From the human T2T-CHM13v2.0 reference genome, Homo sapiens, in assembly GCF_009914755.1 (NCBI RefSeq), contig NC_060947.1: a stretch of DNA of 64,000 bases, one strand, 5' to 3'. The notes beneath the pieces are model-generated. The model was not told the DNA's origin and did not search any database. It was given only the letters and a program-made list of their open reading frames with translations. The translations under genes and the position numbers were made by a program. Below are positions 1 through 13,822 of this stretch, in pieces (positions within the stretch are counted from its first letter, which is position 1; each line of letters opens with the position of its first letter).

Positions 1-216
1 AAACTAGAAATGATGGTGCCTACAGCAGAGGAGAGGGTGAAGGAAATCATACGCAGCACAGCACGGAGCACACTCCCTAGGTGTAGTGGGAGCACAGCCA
101 ATTACTGTTCCTTCTCTTCTACAGGCACCAGAGAAACGGATTGTCATCTCCAGAAGCCAGCTGGTGACAGCATCAGCTCCTACATCAACATGTGGCACCT
201 GTTTATGCCTTACCTG

Positions 217-1402
<1,186 letters not shown>

Positions 1403-3069
1403 CTTTGTAAAACAAGATTCCTGGAAAGCAGCTTCCCTTCTTCCAGAACACAGGCAACTCAGAACTCTCCATGGCCAGCCATCAGCAGCCCCCCTCATCT
1501 GACAGCCACAGGCCCACCAACCCTACACTCACCCTGTCCTTCCTCTTCTCCAGGTCTCATCTTCTGCCTGATCCCTGTTAAGCCTCCAGGGCCTGCCTGC
1601 CTGGTTGCTCCACTGTTGACACCACATGCGTGTGCACACAGGCACATGCACCTGCACAAACACACAGTCCGATTAGCTGCACCTGGATGCCTGGCCCATT
1701 TCCTAGGGGAAGATGAGTCAACCACTCCTTGGGGCCCTGTAACATGCGGTGCTCAGGCCAAGAGGTCACGATTCCTGGTGACATGACATTGCCTATCTGC
1801 AGGCAGCCCTGCCACACAGTGGCTTCCCCTAACATCTTTGTGCGAGAGGATCATGCCTGGACTCCAAGCCATCCCGGTCTTATGAAACAAAAATCGCCCG
1901 TTCTGCATCAGCTAGATGGAATTGGGGTTTTCCACCACGGACAACCTAAAGCACCCTGACTGAAATGGAGCTTGGGAGAAAATATCTTCCCCGTGGGGAT
2001 TTTTACAACTATCACCACAAAATGGGATGCTTACTCAGTCCAAAAAGGGATCAGTCTTCTCATGATTCCAGGGAGGGAGGAGATGAAGCCTGATCAGCCC
2101 CTACCAAGCCAGGATGTACGGCGTGTAAGGTGTGGCTCTGTCATGTTAGATTCATACCTGCAGCCCAGCTGTGGGGAGTCTAGCCCCTGGGAATGCTGAA
2201 CTAGCCCTCTATCCATCTTCCAGGCCTCAGGTGACCTACTCAGAAAATTCCCCACCACTACTGCCACCATCATAAAGCCCAGGTTGGGTCTCTCTGGTTT
2301 CCATTAGTGTGCATCTCAGGATGCGAGTGTTTGAGATTGGCCCCTTTCTAGCTAGGAGGTCTCCAGATCCGCCCACCCTGCCTGTCCTGCTGGCCCAAGC
2401 TCAGCAAACCAACCCTCTCAGGGAAGAGCAGTACCTGCAAGTCACAGGGGACCCTGTTATGATCTAATCCCCTATTCTGCATAGCCAAGAGGTTATTCTG
2501 GTTCTTTTGTCCTGGAACAAGATGGTATGATCTGGGCAACTGGCATCGTTCACCACAACACAGGAGAGGTCACATTTTAAATACCTCCCTCAAGGGTATC
2601 CGGTGTCATCCTGGCCTCAAAAGTGCCCAGTTGCTGCTAGAATCTTGAGAGATACTTGCCGGTTTCCCAAGCGCCCACTTGTGTTATTTCTGCACCACCA
2701 CCCCTAATCTTTTTCCCGATCATGAGTACCCCATCACACAATAATTGCCTACCACCAATCTTTGCCCTGATAGTGATCAGCCTTGAAACCCTGACACCAG
2801 AAGTTTCTGTGGTAAACCTTCCAAGAGAGGAGGAAGAGGAGAGACTGTGGCCCATCTGCAGCCCGGCCTGGGCAGGGGAAGGAGGGTGCCCCACCATGGA
2901 GAGAGGGCAGCAGGCTGAGCCCCAGGAACCTGGGAGTCCCAGAAACCACAGGTAAGCATGGGGACAGAAAGGGACCCTGGGCAAACAGTGAGGCTGGTGG
3001 AGAGGCTTGGTGAGTTCAGTCCTGAGCCAGAGCCTGCCTAACCTCTGTGTGTCCAGACCCAGAACTGAA

Positions 3070-3200
3070 CATGCATAACATGCATACATCCACATACTAC
3101 ACACACCACATATGCACCACACATACATATCATATACACACATACCACATACACGCCACACATATACACATCACATACACACCATACACACAAACATACC
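3070..3200. repeat. Degenerate (CA)/(CATA)-rich simple repeat
   Basis: cacatacatatcatatacacacataccacatacac... seen directly. Confidence 0.85.
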
Positions 3201-6200
3201 TGTCTACAGCTCCTTGTAAAATCCCAGTTCATAAAGCCATCTCTGGGATGCTTCCTTGATCAAACCCCCTCCCTCCTCACTGCCCAAATGCCATTTTTTC
3301 TCCCCCACCACTGCCCAGCCCCCCAGGAGTTGGGCCACTCTTTTCACCCCTCCTCCCACCCCAACCCCAGGCTTGTTTTCTTTTCCTGAGTGATTTTAGG
3401 TTCCCATCTGTCATCTTAGGTCATTAATCCCTAGACAGAAGGCCAAAGAAGCCTACCCCACATAGCCAACCCATTAACTAATTGCAAAAGGTGCCCGCGT
3501 CATATCACATTTATCCACTGAAACAGCCCCCTCGCCTGTGCCTCGCTTCCTGAGCTGCACTGATAAAAATGACAAGCCACCTGCTACTGCCCTGGATGGC
3601 ATTGCCATGATGGATGACCCATGTCCTGAAAGGGTGGGGGTCAGCCACGGAGACTCATGTGGCAGGGCGATGAGGGGGCTGAGAGGTGGACAGGAGCAAG
3701 TGGTCAGCTGCCAGGGTAATTGTCTCCCCAACTGAGCATGATCTGAGACTTCCTGTGTCCCCAGATACTGCTGCTCAGCCCTGGATGCCCTAGATGACTG
3801 CCCGGGGATGGTCGGGCCTCCGAGGACAAGGACAGATGGGGAGGCCTGAAAGGCCCCCAGCCCCCGCCCCCCTTACCCCCCCCCCCCCGCCTGCTGGCAA
3901 CTGTTCCCTCCACCCTTTCAGCTGCTGGTCACTGAGTCAGCAAGTTCAAGGAGACTGGCTTTTGATTGACCACCCACAGTCTGCAGGCAAAACCTTCTCT
4001 CTGACAGGGAGGCCTTGAATGCAGGTGGTCTCCAGAAGCTTCCCCTCCCCTCTACTGGGGGCTTAGAGGCCACACCAGCCCAGCGCAGGGACTGCCTGAT
4101 GGCCTATTTCCCAGCAGGGATTGCCGGTGAGCCTGTGTGGGAGTGTGTGCGCACATCCTGCTTCTCTACTTCCAGGATCAAAATAAATTGCCTGATTGAC
4201 AAACCTCCTCTGTAGTTCGTGTGCGCTGGGCCCGTGGGTCGTCCGTGGCTACAGATGCAGTCAGCTGACCTAATCCATTTATCTTATTTATACTGTATTC
4301 CATTTTCCATATGCAGAGTTAGGGCCTCCCGGATCTGTTATGCAAATTAGACATGATGATTTGCAAATGAGCAGAGGCTTGGCACTTTTTTAAAATTATC
4401 ATTAAGAATGTTGCCACCCTGCCACTGGCGGGGAGGAGGGAGGCTGGAAGGGAAGAAATGAAGGCATGTGATCCAAAGCTTCCTTCTCTATGTGGCTGGT
4501 TGGCTCACCCCTCCATTCTCCCAGCCTTCTGAACCCCTGCTGACTCCTGTCTTCTCATATATTCACTCCATTGGAGGGAGCTGACGAGCACAGGCATCAC
4601 TGGGGAGAAAGAAAAGGCTGGCAGGGGATTCACAAAGAGCTGAAAAAGGCCAGAGGGAGATGTCCAACAGCCGGGCTGCAAGTAGCCCTTGAAAGCTGGC
4701 ACCAGCCATCCAGAGTCCCACAGCCCACTGCCTCAACCAACAAAAGACAGAGGCTCGCTGATGGATGTGTTACTTTTGTAGAGTGGGGAAGTGAGATGGG
4801 TGGATGGTGATTTTCCAGGGTTTTTCTTTAGGGCAAGTAAGTACCACCTGTAGGCTGTTCCATAGGATACTCCTCAATCAAATGGCCCCAGAACAAGCCT
4901 TGCACCACCAGATCTCATCCTGGGTGGGAACAGTAAGAAAGTGCATTATAACTCACAAGCATGCAACTTGACAGAGTCTTTTTTCTCCCTCATTCTCTCC
5001 TCAAAACCCCCTTCAGGCAGACGGCTTGGTTCAAAACTACACCAAGTTGGGCCTTTAGCTTAGTCCTTAGCCATGACCTATAGCTCAGAGGTCAGCATAT
5101 GGATGAGATCAAGTGAGGGCACTCGCATCTGAATCTTCTTCGGGCACTCCAAGCAGTACATTGAAAGTGAGGCGCCACGTATGGTCCCACAAGGCATCAT
5201 GGAAAATGATCCATCTCTGGCCAGCCAGATGGGGGCCAGTTGGGGTACCCAGACTCGAGAAATGGGAAAGCATCCCCATGTAAAGCTCCTCCACACCGTC
5301 ATCATGTTCCTTCTGGTTTCCCCTGCTGGGGCTCCTGGCAGTCTGTTGTGTTGTTTTCTAGTGTGGTATTTGAGAAAGAACCCTCATTTTAGTTCAAAGT
5401 TCTGCAGATTAATTTGAAGCCAATATCTTACTTTTTTTTTAATACACTGGAGAAAAGAACATGTAATCCCAGCTTTTCCAAAAGCAGAGCAGAAGAGTTC
5501 AATAACAAAGTTGTATTTCACTTGGCAATCGGGGAAAGCTGCCCCTTTTCTTCCAAGTGTCCTTGTTTATTGTTCTGTTCCTAAGAATATCCAGAAGAGA
5601 CATCTCCAGGGCAGCAGGCACTCTTTCACCAGGAATTTCAAAAATGGCATTCGAAACATTTTGCCAAGAGTTAGGCAAATGCAGGCGGGTCCCCAGCATG
5701 CAAATTATAGTGCCAGACATCAGGAACGGTATGGAGAGTTGTCTCTGACAAATAAGATGATGTTTGCAGAGTTTTTAATAAAATTAAATACAAGATCCTG
5801 AAGGAGATAATGCCAGATTTAACCCCAACGTGCCTGGTTTGCATTAAGAACCCACATACCTCCTTGCTATCCCTCTGGCTCTCAACACAAATCCAAATCT
5901 CCTTTGAATCTTGTCTTAATGTGTTTCACGAAGGGCAAGCCATCATTGGTGACCAAGCGGTGTTTTTAATTACTGTGTTCTGTTCACTTCTGTAAGGTGC
6001 TGTTGTTATCTTTCCAGCAGATACTTACAAATATGACTTCTTTGGAGGTTCCCTGTGATCTCCACAAGGACTACAACTGCTAATGAGAGCCAGGCAGGGC
6101 CCCAGCCAAGGGGGCCACTGATTATCAAGCCAAGAAACAACCAGACTGAGAAACTAATGAGCAGGCAAGGAGACCAAAACAGACTAAGAATATGGAGCAC

Positions 6201-6984
6201 AGCACCAGAGAGAAAGGCCACCAAGACAACCTTAGGAGGGAGACGGAGAGGGAGATAAACTTTAATTCTATCAGAACATACGGTTGCTAACAGACAAGGC
6301 AGCTGTGTTGGTGAGAGCAGAGGGAGCTTTTTATTGGAGGCCTTGGAGATATGGCTGCAGCCCATCAGGGAAGGAACATGTGGGACATAAAAGACCGGAT
6401 TTATTCCCCGAAGGCTCTTCTGACGTTGGGAGCCAATGTTTGAAAACCAGGTCTCTCCCCTGCCATTATTTTCCCTGTTTGAGATGACACCTACCCACCT
6501 TCCACAGGTCTACAAATCTGCTCTGCCATTCCAAGGTCATTGCAAATTCTATCCCATACCCTGGACTGCCCAGATGATCAGTGGTTTTATTAACCAAACA
6601 TTTATTCAGTTCCCTCTATTGGCTAGGTTCTGGGAAGATGATTCTATGATGATCACTGCCCTGAAAGAAGAGTTAGGAAGATCAACATGGAAAGGAATAC
6701 TTGGAGGAACTGGGACCCTCAATGGCTCTTCCAGTCATTGAGAAAGAAATCATGTCCTACCTTGAGACCTGCTCTTGTAGGGTCATTTTGATCTGAGATT
6801 TTACTCTGGAATTGTTTCAGACAGATGCCTTGGGGCAGAGACTGGTAGATGCTCACCAAAACTGTTTCCTCTTCCTGGGCGCACAAACTAGTTTTGAAGC
6901 TCCTTTTAATCTTGATGAGAGAACAGCTTTCACCAATCAACTATGAGCAAAAGGGATTAAGGACTCAAGAGGCAGGGTGTCTTC

Positions 6985-7079
6985 TCCGTTCTCTCTCTTG
7001 TCTCTTCTCTCCTCTTCCCTCCTCTCCTCTCCTCTCCTCCTCCTCCTCCTCCTCCTCGTCCTCCTCCTTCTTCTTCTTC

Positions 7080-7120
<41 letters not shown>

Positions 7121-7126
7121 CCCTCT
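6985..7126. repeat. Polypyrimidine microsatellite (CCTCT)n/(CCT)n/(CTT)n/(CT)n
   Basis: Seen directly; explains the poly-S and ERER low-complexity ORFs. Confidence 0.95.
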
Positions 7127-7208
7127 TGCTGCTAGTTGGATGATGTGCCAGGTTGGTCTTGAAGGCATATAGTGAAAATGGCAGAGGCACAACACCATAG
7201 GAGACTGA

Positions 7209-7646
7209 TGTGCTAAGTCAAGCCCCCTAAAAGCAGAGCTTAAGAAGGAGTTTCTACCCAAGGGATTTCATGGCAGAATGTTCCCAGCAGAAGCTGCAAG
7301 GACTGAGAGAAGCAGGATGAGGCAAGGGGAGAATCTAAGCAAACAGGTAGTTTGAAATGAAGTTCAGCCTCTGATAGCACCGGAGCTCTGATGCTTGAGT
7401 AGCTCCAAGGAGTTGCATCCACTTGAGACCAAAGAGCCAGGCATTTGTACCCCTGTACCATTGCCTACGGGCTGCCCCCAGGGCTGCCTATCTTCTCAGG
7501 CATCTCTGGGTGGAGTGGCTGTCAACTCAGGGCAAATAGCTGGATCATGATGCAGCTGTGAGCAATTAGCATTTCCAGCAGCTGCAGGAGGGATGCCCCA
7601 GCCTGAAAAAGGAGAACAGAGAAAGGATGTAGTAGCCTCTGCTACA
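7209..7646 (-). mobile_element. LTR16-family (C/E-like) ERVL solo LTR
   Basis: aagcagagcttaaga...gagaagcaggatgaggcaagggg...gggctgccccc...cagctgtgagc...tctgctaca matches the rc of LTR16. Confidence 0.65.
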
Positions 7647-7654
7647 ATGGGCCC

Positions 7655-7785
7655 CTGAAGGACTCCATGGAACAGAGCCCCAGCCTGCTTTTTGTGTGAC
7701 GTGAACAAGAAGGAATCCTATACTGTGTTAAGCCACTGAGATTTTGGATTTGTTTTTTACAGCAGTTAGTGTCTGACTACTGTAA
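7655..7785 (+). mobile_element. MLT1 (old MaLR) 3' fragment
   Basis: tgtgttaagccactgagattttggatttgttttttacagcag, the MLT1 3' motif. Confidence 0.65.
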
Positions 7786-7808
7786 TTGCACACCTAGTCT
7801 CCTAAACC

Positions 7809-7932
7809 AAAAGTTGGTGAACTTATTCTGTAGAGGACCATATTATAAATATTTTCAGCTTCATGGGCCATATGGTCTCTGTCACTGCTATTGGCCAGAT
7901 TTGTGTTGTGGATCATAATTTGCCAACCGCTT
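7809..7932. mobile_element. MER58A-like MITE, internally deleted
   Basis: ttctgtagaggaccatattataaatattttcagcttcatgggccatatggtctctgtc...tttgccaacc. Confidence 0.7.
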
Positions 7933-8409
7933 ATTCTAAACTATAACCCTCAAGACTGAAGACTATGTCTTGGAGTTCTTTCTTTTTCACCTAAGGACTA
8001 GGATAGAACTTTGCCTGTACCATACAACCACTAAAACCCAGCTGATTGATTTGAAAATTAAAAAATAAAATAAGGTTTTGGTTGTGGTTGTTACTTAATT
8101 TGATTTCAACTTGAGTGACCACAGAGGGCTGGCCTTTGGGGTCTGGTGAAGATTATTGTGGATTCTGAGCTCCTGTTGGGGATGGTTGGCTGCAGTTCCC
8201 CAGACCTCGAGACCGCCTGTCTCAAGTCTGTCTCACCAGGGAGAACAGAACTTGGCTGGAGAGATCAGCAAGGTTCAGTGCAGCAACAGGTGCAGCATGA
8301 CCATAGAGGGCCCAGACATGCATAAGGATCAGTATCATCATGTCTTAGAATCTTGGGGCTGATTAAAAGTTGATCCATCCAGTGCCTAAGTCCCCTCTGC
8401 TACAATCTC

Positions 8410-8749
8410 ATCTTGGTGCTCCCACATCCAGTTTTAATAGTAAATAGATGAATATTGCAGCCATAGCCATAGAAGAAGGGCAGAGTAACCAGAGGCTTAG
8501 ACCCATATGCAATGACAGTCTGGTTCTCCCCACCAGGAAAGCTGCCTAGACCAGCAGAGGTACTAGCTGAGTGTAAGGGGAATCTAGAATGGACAATAGA
8601 GGTAGAGGGATGGTGAATATCAGTTATGGCCACACAACCCTGCTTTTGTAAGTTTCCCAGGAAATGAAACCATTTAGAATTCTGGAGGTCTTTCCAACTG
8701 GGGCAAACTCACCTGAGAAGCAAGTGAATCTCAAAAACACAAGGAGACA
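8410..8749 (+). mobile_element. ERVL internal 3' fragment (ERV3-16A3_I-like)
   Basis: gacccatatgcaatgacagtctggttctccccaccagg...gaggtactagctgagtgtaaggggaatctagaatgg matches the ERVL pol 3' end and abuts an LTR16. Confidence 0.7.
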
Positions 8750-10674
8750 GAGTCCCATGTCGGAGCCAATGGATCTATGCCCCAGTGGCTAGAATATCAG
8801 CTGCTGACCACTCACAGCTGAGTCCTTCACTGGGCATTGCCCTTGATCACAAGAAACTGCCCTGCTCATATTTATGTTCCCCTCCCCCGAGATGGCCCCC
8901 AGCCATCCGTTGCTGATACAGGGATACAAATGCCTGACCCCTCACCTCAGTTTGGTGTGAAGAGCCTGAAGAGCCATCCTAACTCCAGAGTTCCCCATGT
9001 CTGCTGTGGCCTCAATTGCAACTGCTTTATGGGTTAGCCCCCCAGCCTGCCTTCCTGTCCCCTGAGTTACTACAAATAAACCTCCCACATGCAGAAATTG
9101 ACAAGCTGATCCCAATATTCTGTGAAGATGTAACAGAACCAGAATAATCAAAATAATTTTGAAAAAAGGAACAAAGTTAGAGAACCAATACTTCCTGATT
9201 TAAAGCATACTACAAAGCTACAGTAATCAAATCAGTGTGGTGCTAGTATAAGGGTAGACATTTAGATCAATGGAATAAAATTCAGAGTCAAGAAAGAGAA
9301 TCTTACACTTATGATCAATTAATTTTCAACAAGGGTGCCAATGCTTTTCAATGGGAAAGGATATTTTTTTCAATAGATGATGCTGGGACTATTGGATAGC
9401 CATATGCAAAAACATGAATTTAGATCCTTATCCTTCACTACACACAAAAATTAGCTCAAAATGAATCATAGACCTAAATTTAAGGGCAAAATTATAAAAC
9501 TTTTAGAAGAAAGCATGAGAAAATCTTTGTGACCTTGGATTAGGTAAAGTTCTTAGTTATGACACCAAAGGTACAATCCATAAAATGAAAAACTAATACA
9601 TTGGATTATATCAAATTTTAAAACTTTTGCACTTCAAAAGACATCACTAAGAAAGTGAAAAGACAAGCCACAAACTGGGAGAAAATATTTGCAAATCACG
9701 TATCTGATAGAGGTCTTGTATCTAGAAATATATACATTTAAACCCTTACAATTCAATAATGAGGAGACAACCCAATTTTTAAAGATGGGCACAAAATTTG
9801 AATAGCTATTTCATCAAAGAATATATACAAATGGCCAAAAGGCACATAAGATGCTCAACATCATTTAGTCACCAGGGAAATGTAAATTAAAACCACAGTG
9901 AGATACCACTTCACACCCACTAGGATGGCTAGAATCAAAAAGATAGACAGTAACAAGCATTAGTGAGTATATGGAGGAACTGGAATTGCTAGTGGGAATG
10001 TAAAATGGTGCACTTACTTTGGAAAACAATCTGGCAGTTTCTTAAAAAGCTAAACATAAATTTATCATATGATCCAGCAATTCCACAGCTAGGTATATAC
10101 CCCTGAGGAATGAGAACATACAACTACACAAAGACTTGTACATGAATGTTCTTAGCAGTACTATTCACAATAGCCAAAAAGTGGAAACTATCCAAACGTC
10201 CATCAACAGATGGATGGATAAACAAAATGTGGTATATTCACAGAATGGAGTATTATTCAGCTATAAAAAGGCATGAAGTACTAATAATACATGCTACAAC
10301 ATCATGCCTAATAAACGAATCCAGACACAAAGATTACATACCTTATAATTCCATTTACATGAAGCACCCAGAAAAGGCAAGTGTATAGAAACAGAAAGTA
10401 GATTAATGTTTGCATGGGGCTGGGATTGAAAATGGGTAGTGACTGCTAATGGGCATGAGGGATCTTCTTGGAGCAATGGAAATGTTCTAAAGTTGGATTG
10501 TAGTGATGGTTGCATGACTCAGTAAATTTACTAAAAATCTTTGAACTGTATGTTAAAACAGATAAATTCTGTAGTATGTAAATCATATTTCAATAAAGCT
10601 GTTTAATAAAAAAGATCCTTCAGCATACATATCTCCATCTCAAAGTCCATTTCCAGGGAACCCAATCAAAGACA
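8750..10674 (+). mobile_element. LTR16C-like 3' LTR, split by L1 (LTR parts ~8750-9093 and ~10615-10674)
   Basis: ctcacagctgagtcc...aataaacctcccacatgca, then resumes atctccatctcaaagtccatttccagggaacccaatcaaagaca. Confidence 0.75.
9094..10614 (+). mobile_element. L1MB (L1MB7/8-like), 5'-truncated: ORF2 3' end plus 3'UTR
   Basis: tactacaaagctacagtaatcaa; ORF 10146-10388 resembles the L1 ORF2 C-terminus (WINKMWYIH); ends caataaagctgtttaataaaaaa. Confidence 0.9.
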
Positions 10675-11439
10675 ACATATATTGCATTTTAACAGAAATG
10701 TCTATTACCTTTTATCTCTAGCCAAATTTGAGAAAATTGCAGTTTCAAGATGAAGAGCCCCAAAGTCTGCCCAAGCATACAGAGCTCATCCCCACCCCCC
10801 CACCCCAACACACACACACACCTTTCAAGCTTTCTCTGGCTTTATGTCACAGCCACCATCACTGTCACCCTTCTCTGACACAGTTCTGGAACCCAACACT
10901 GGAATTCCTTCCCACAAAGAAAATAACTCAACCCTTGCTCCCATGAAGCAGGGTTACAGGGCACATCCTACCACTTCCCATCATTTTTAATTATGAATTC
11001 TTATTTTTAATAGATGTTTCTATTCGGTACTATCTGTCATAATTCTTTGGCCTGAAAAGCCCAGATACCTTGAGGTGTAAACACGGATGATATAGATTAC
11101 CTGTGTTTGCTGGGGAGTGAGGGTCAACGGGTTGGCAGGAATGAGCCCATGAGACAGACTAGGAAACAGAGAAGGGAAGGGGAAAAAAAAAAGACGAGTT
11201 GATAAACAAGAGCTCCGAGTTCATCCCCACAAGGCTGGCTGCTCATTGCTCGATGTTGCGAGACACTGACTTCTTAGAGGTTTGCAGTAACAGCTCGCTC
11301 GAGCTGGAAATTGCCGTGAATGTGCATGCTACCCGAGGCTGAGCTTGTAAAAAGAGTTCTCCGGCATCCTCGCTTCACTGACAGGTCTGGAACATCATGT
11401 GTTCCTTTGGGGGCCACTGAGTCTGAGCCCCAGCAACCC

Positions 11440-11760
11440 TGCCCCAAACATTTACTGAGCATCTATCATGTGCCAACAGAACTACCTCTGGGCTAAGTTC
11501 TGGTACAAACAAGCCATGAATGACACAGTTCCCACACACAAGAAGCTCGCAGATACAAAATCTAGGTGTTCTTTGTGCTGTGTGATTGTGTGAAGGAAAA
11601 ATATCAGGGACAGAGAGGTGGATGCAGACAAGTTCACCCAGAAGGAAATGTCTCCAAAGGCTTCAAGTAAAGGGGATGCTTAAACAGTCTCTTAAAAGGA
11701 CGGTTGCTCAAAGTCCAGGTGTTAGATTTCATCCAAAGGAGAGCAGCAGTTTAAGCAAAA
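11440..11760 (-). mobile_element. L2 fragment
   Basis: aaacatttactgagcatctatcatgtgcca is the rc of the L2 3' end. Confidence 0.65.
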
Positions 11761-11768
11761 CCGCAAAG

Positions 11769-11965
11769 CAGTGCTGTCCACTAGAACTTTCTACGATGAT
11801 GAAAATGTACTATATCTTTACCATCCAAAATGGTACTAGTAAGCACTTAAAATGTGGCTAGGGTATCTGAGAAGTGAAATTTTTAATTTTAGTTAATTTC
11901 TATTCATTTTAATTTAAACCAAACTATGCACATTTGGCTAGCAGTTACCAGAGCGGACTGCACAG
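11769..11965. mobile_element. MER3 MITE
   Basis: cagtgctgtccactagaactttctacgatgatgaaaatg...aagcacttaaaatgtggcta. Confidence 0.8.
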
Positions 11966-12204
11966 CCCAGAGGCATAAAACAGCAGGGCCCATTCCCATA
12001 AGTGCAAGTCGTTGTATGAGACAGAAGCTTAGGGTGGCCAGGAGCTGCTACTGGAAACACAGTCAGAAAAAAAGAGACCAGATCACAGAGAAGCCTGTGG
12101 CCATGTCGGTTTCGCTTGCCCTGACAGCAACACAAAGACACCCAATTCACCCAAGCCAGTGAAGTAGCTGATCCCATCTCTGCCCTTCCACTGTTCTCAA
12201 AGCC

Positions 12205-12530
12205 AAGAGTTGCACACTCAAATGCCTACAACTAGTGAGAAAGGGTATACAGGCACGTCCTGGGCGTCTGGGCACTGCGTCCAGCTGGAGATTGCGAGTC
12301 CCATCGAAAGGGGGCAGCCGCTACTCGGCATCAGTTGTGCTACTGTTGTCTCCAAACACAGGCCCAGAATTGCCTGATCTTCAAATGTTTCAAGAGAAGC
12401 CAGAAATCATGACTTATTTTGTCAGTTCTTTCCATGTTTAAATGTTGGATACATTTTTTTAATGCTCTGCAGGCCAAGGAAAGTGAGTCTTAGGGCTGGA
12501 ATTTGGTCCTTAAACTAGTTTGCAGCCAAC
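12205..12530 (-). mobile_element. MER102-like hAT-Charlie element
   Basis: ctcaaatgcctaca...aaagggggcagccgctactc...tttcaagagaagccagaaatc...tagtttgcagcc. Confidence 0.75.
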
Positions 12531-12544
12531 GGTCCCCCTCCCTA

Positions 12545-12737
12545 CTTCTTTTGTTGTCCCTGTCATGCTATATAGCATGCACCTGTGTTGATAATGGTCA
12601 TCTCTCCCCAGCAGGCTCACCATTCCTCAAGGTCAGGGACCCAAGTCTTATTCATTTGTCATTCTCAGCACCTACACCTAGAACAATGCCCATAAATGGA
12701 CTTTGTTTCATAGATGTTTGTTGAATTAATGAATGAC
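12545..12737 (+). mobile_element. L2 3' end
   Basis: ggtcagggac...cacctagaacaatgcc...tgtttgttgaattaatgaatga. Confidence 0.75.
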
Positions 12738-13649
12738 CTCAATCATTTGTGCATTGTTTTTGCCAGCCAAGGCAGTGGCTTGAAGAGACAGCAGCAAAAG
12801 AGTTAAAAGTCAGGAAATGAACTAGACTTTGGGATAAAGCCCCAATAATTTCTATCTTACCAGAAATCCTCTTCCCTGAAAATCTGCGGGCTGTAAATTA
12901 AGATCTGAATTGTTGTTTTGAGTGCAGCTTTCTCCAAACCACAGATTTGCAAACACTTCTCTTCCCAGTAGTTTGAGGCTGCACAACAGTCTTGTGCTAT
13001 TAAATGTTGCTGAAAAGTGGGCTGAGACCACTAGGTCTCTTGTGAAAATTGCCAGACTTGTGGACGGATGGTGTGGGATTTAGCAAGATGCCTCTTCCCT
13101 GTCACCAGGAACAGCCCAGACATGAAGAGGCACTGGGGAAGGAGAATCTCTGACCTCCTGTTACCCACTAGAGCTGCAGGTGGCAGGGGGTGGTGGGGTG
13201 TGGTGTGGGACGGGCAGGTGGAAGGGAAGGGGAACGGGAGACTGGAGTCAGCAGGCGGCCTCCCAAAGTGGAGAATCCAGGTCCACGGTCCCCTTGCTTG
13301 TTCCGCTCCACATTCCTACAGCAGCTTAGGGAAAGTCATTTAAACTCTGTGCTCCAGTTGCTCGAAGCGTTGACTGGGAATAAATGTGCTACACAGCACT
13401 GCAGCTTCCTAAAGCCAGGTGGATCTTCATGCAGCAATTTCAAACTCGTGGCAGGAAGAGCAAGGCCTAAGCCAAGAAAAGCCACAGTGGAAGTTTTAAA
13501 AGATGGTGTGGAGGGGGTGTCACAATAGACACAAAAACGCCCGCTCCTAACATCCCCATAACAGCCATCCCAGTAGAAGCACACCACCGTGTTCCTGCAA
13601 TTTTTCCTGGCCATGTTGGAGAGATTTTGGATGCCTGAAATTTGTCCTT

Positions 13650-13822
13650 GTAGAATCAAGGGTGAAAGGCACTGTGATGACTTTGAGCAGACCCCTTCAT
13701 CCCCCACTCGCTGTACAGATGAGAAAACCGACGCTCACGGTCCTTACACGCTTTTTTCAAGGGCACACCCCTGGACTCCCCAAGCCCAGCCCAGCGCCGT
13801 CTTATCTCACACCATGGTGCTC
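13650..13822 (-). mobile_element. MIR fragment
   Basis: tacagatgagaaaaccgacgctca, the MIR core. Confidence 0.6.

Noticed and set aside
2637-3259. 174-aa ORF and overlapping ORFs
   Set aside because: Driven by the CA/TG simple repeat; no recognisable domain.
11389-11405. GGAACA-tcatg-TGTTCC as a steroid-receptor element
   Set aside because: The spacer is 5 nt, whereas GRE/ARE needs 3.
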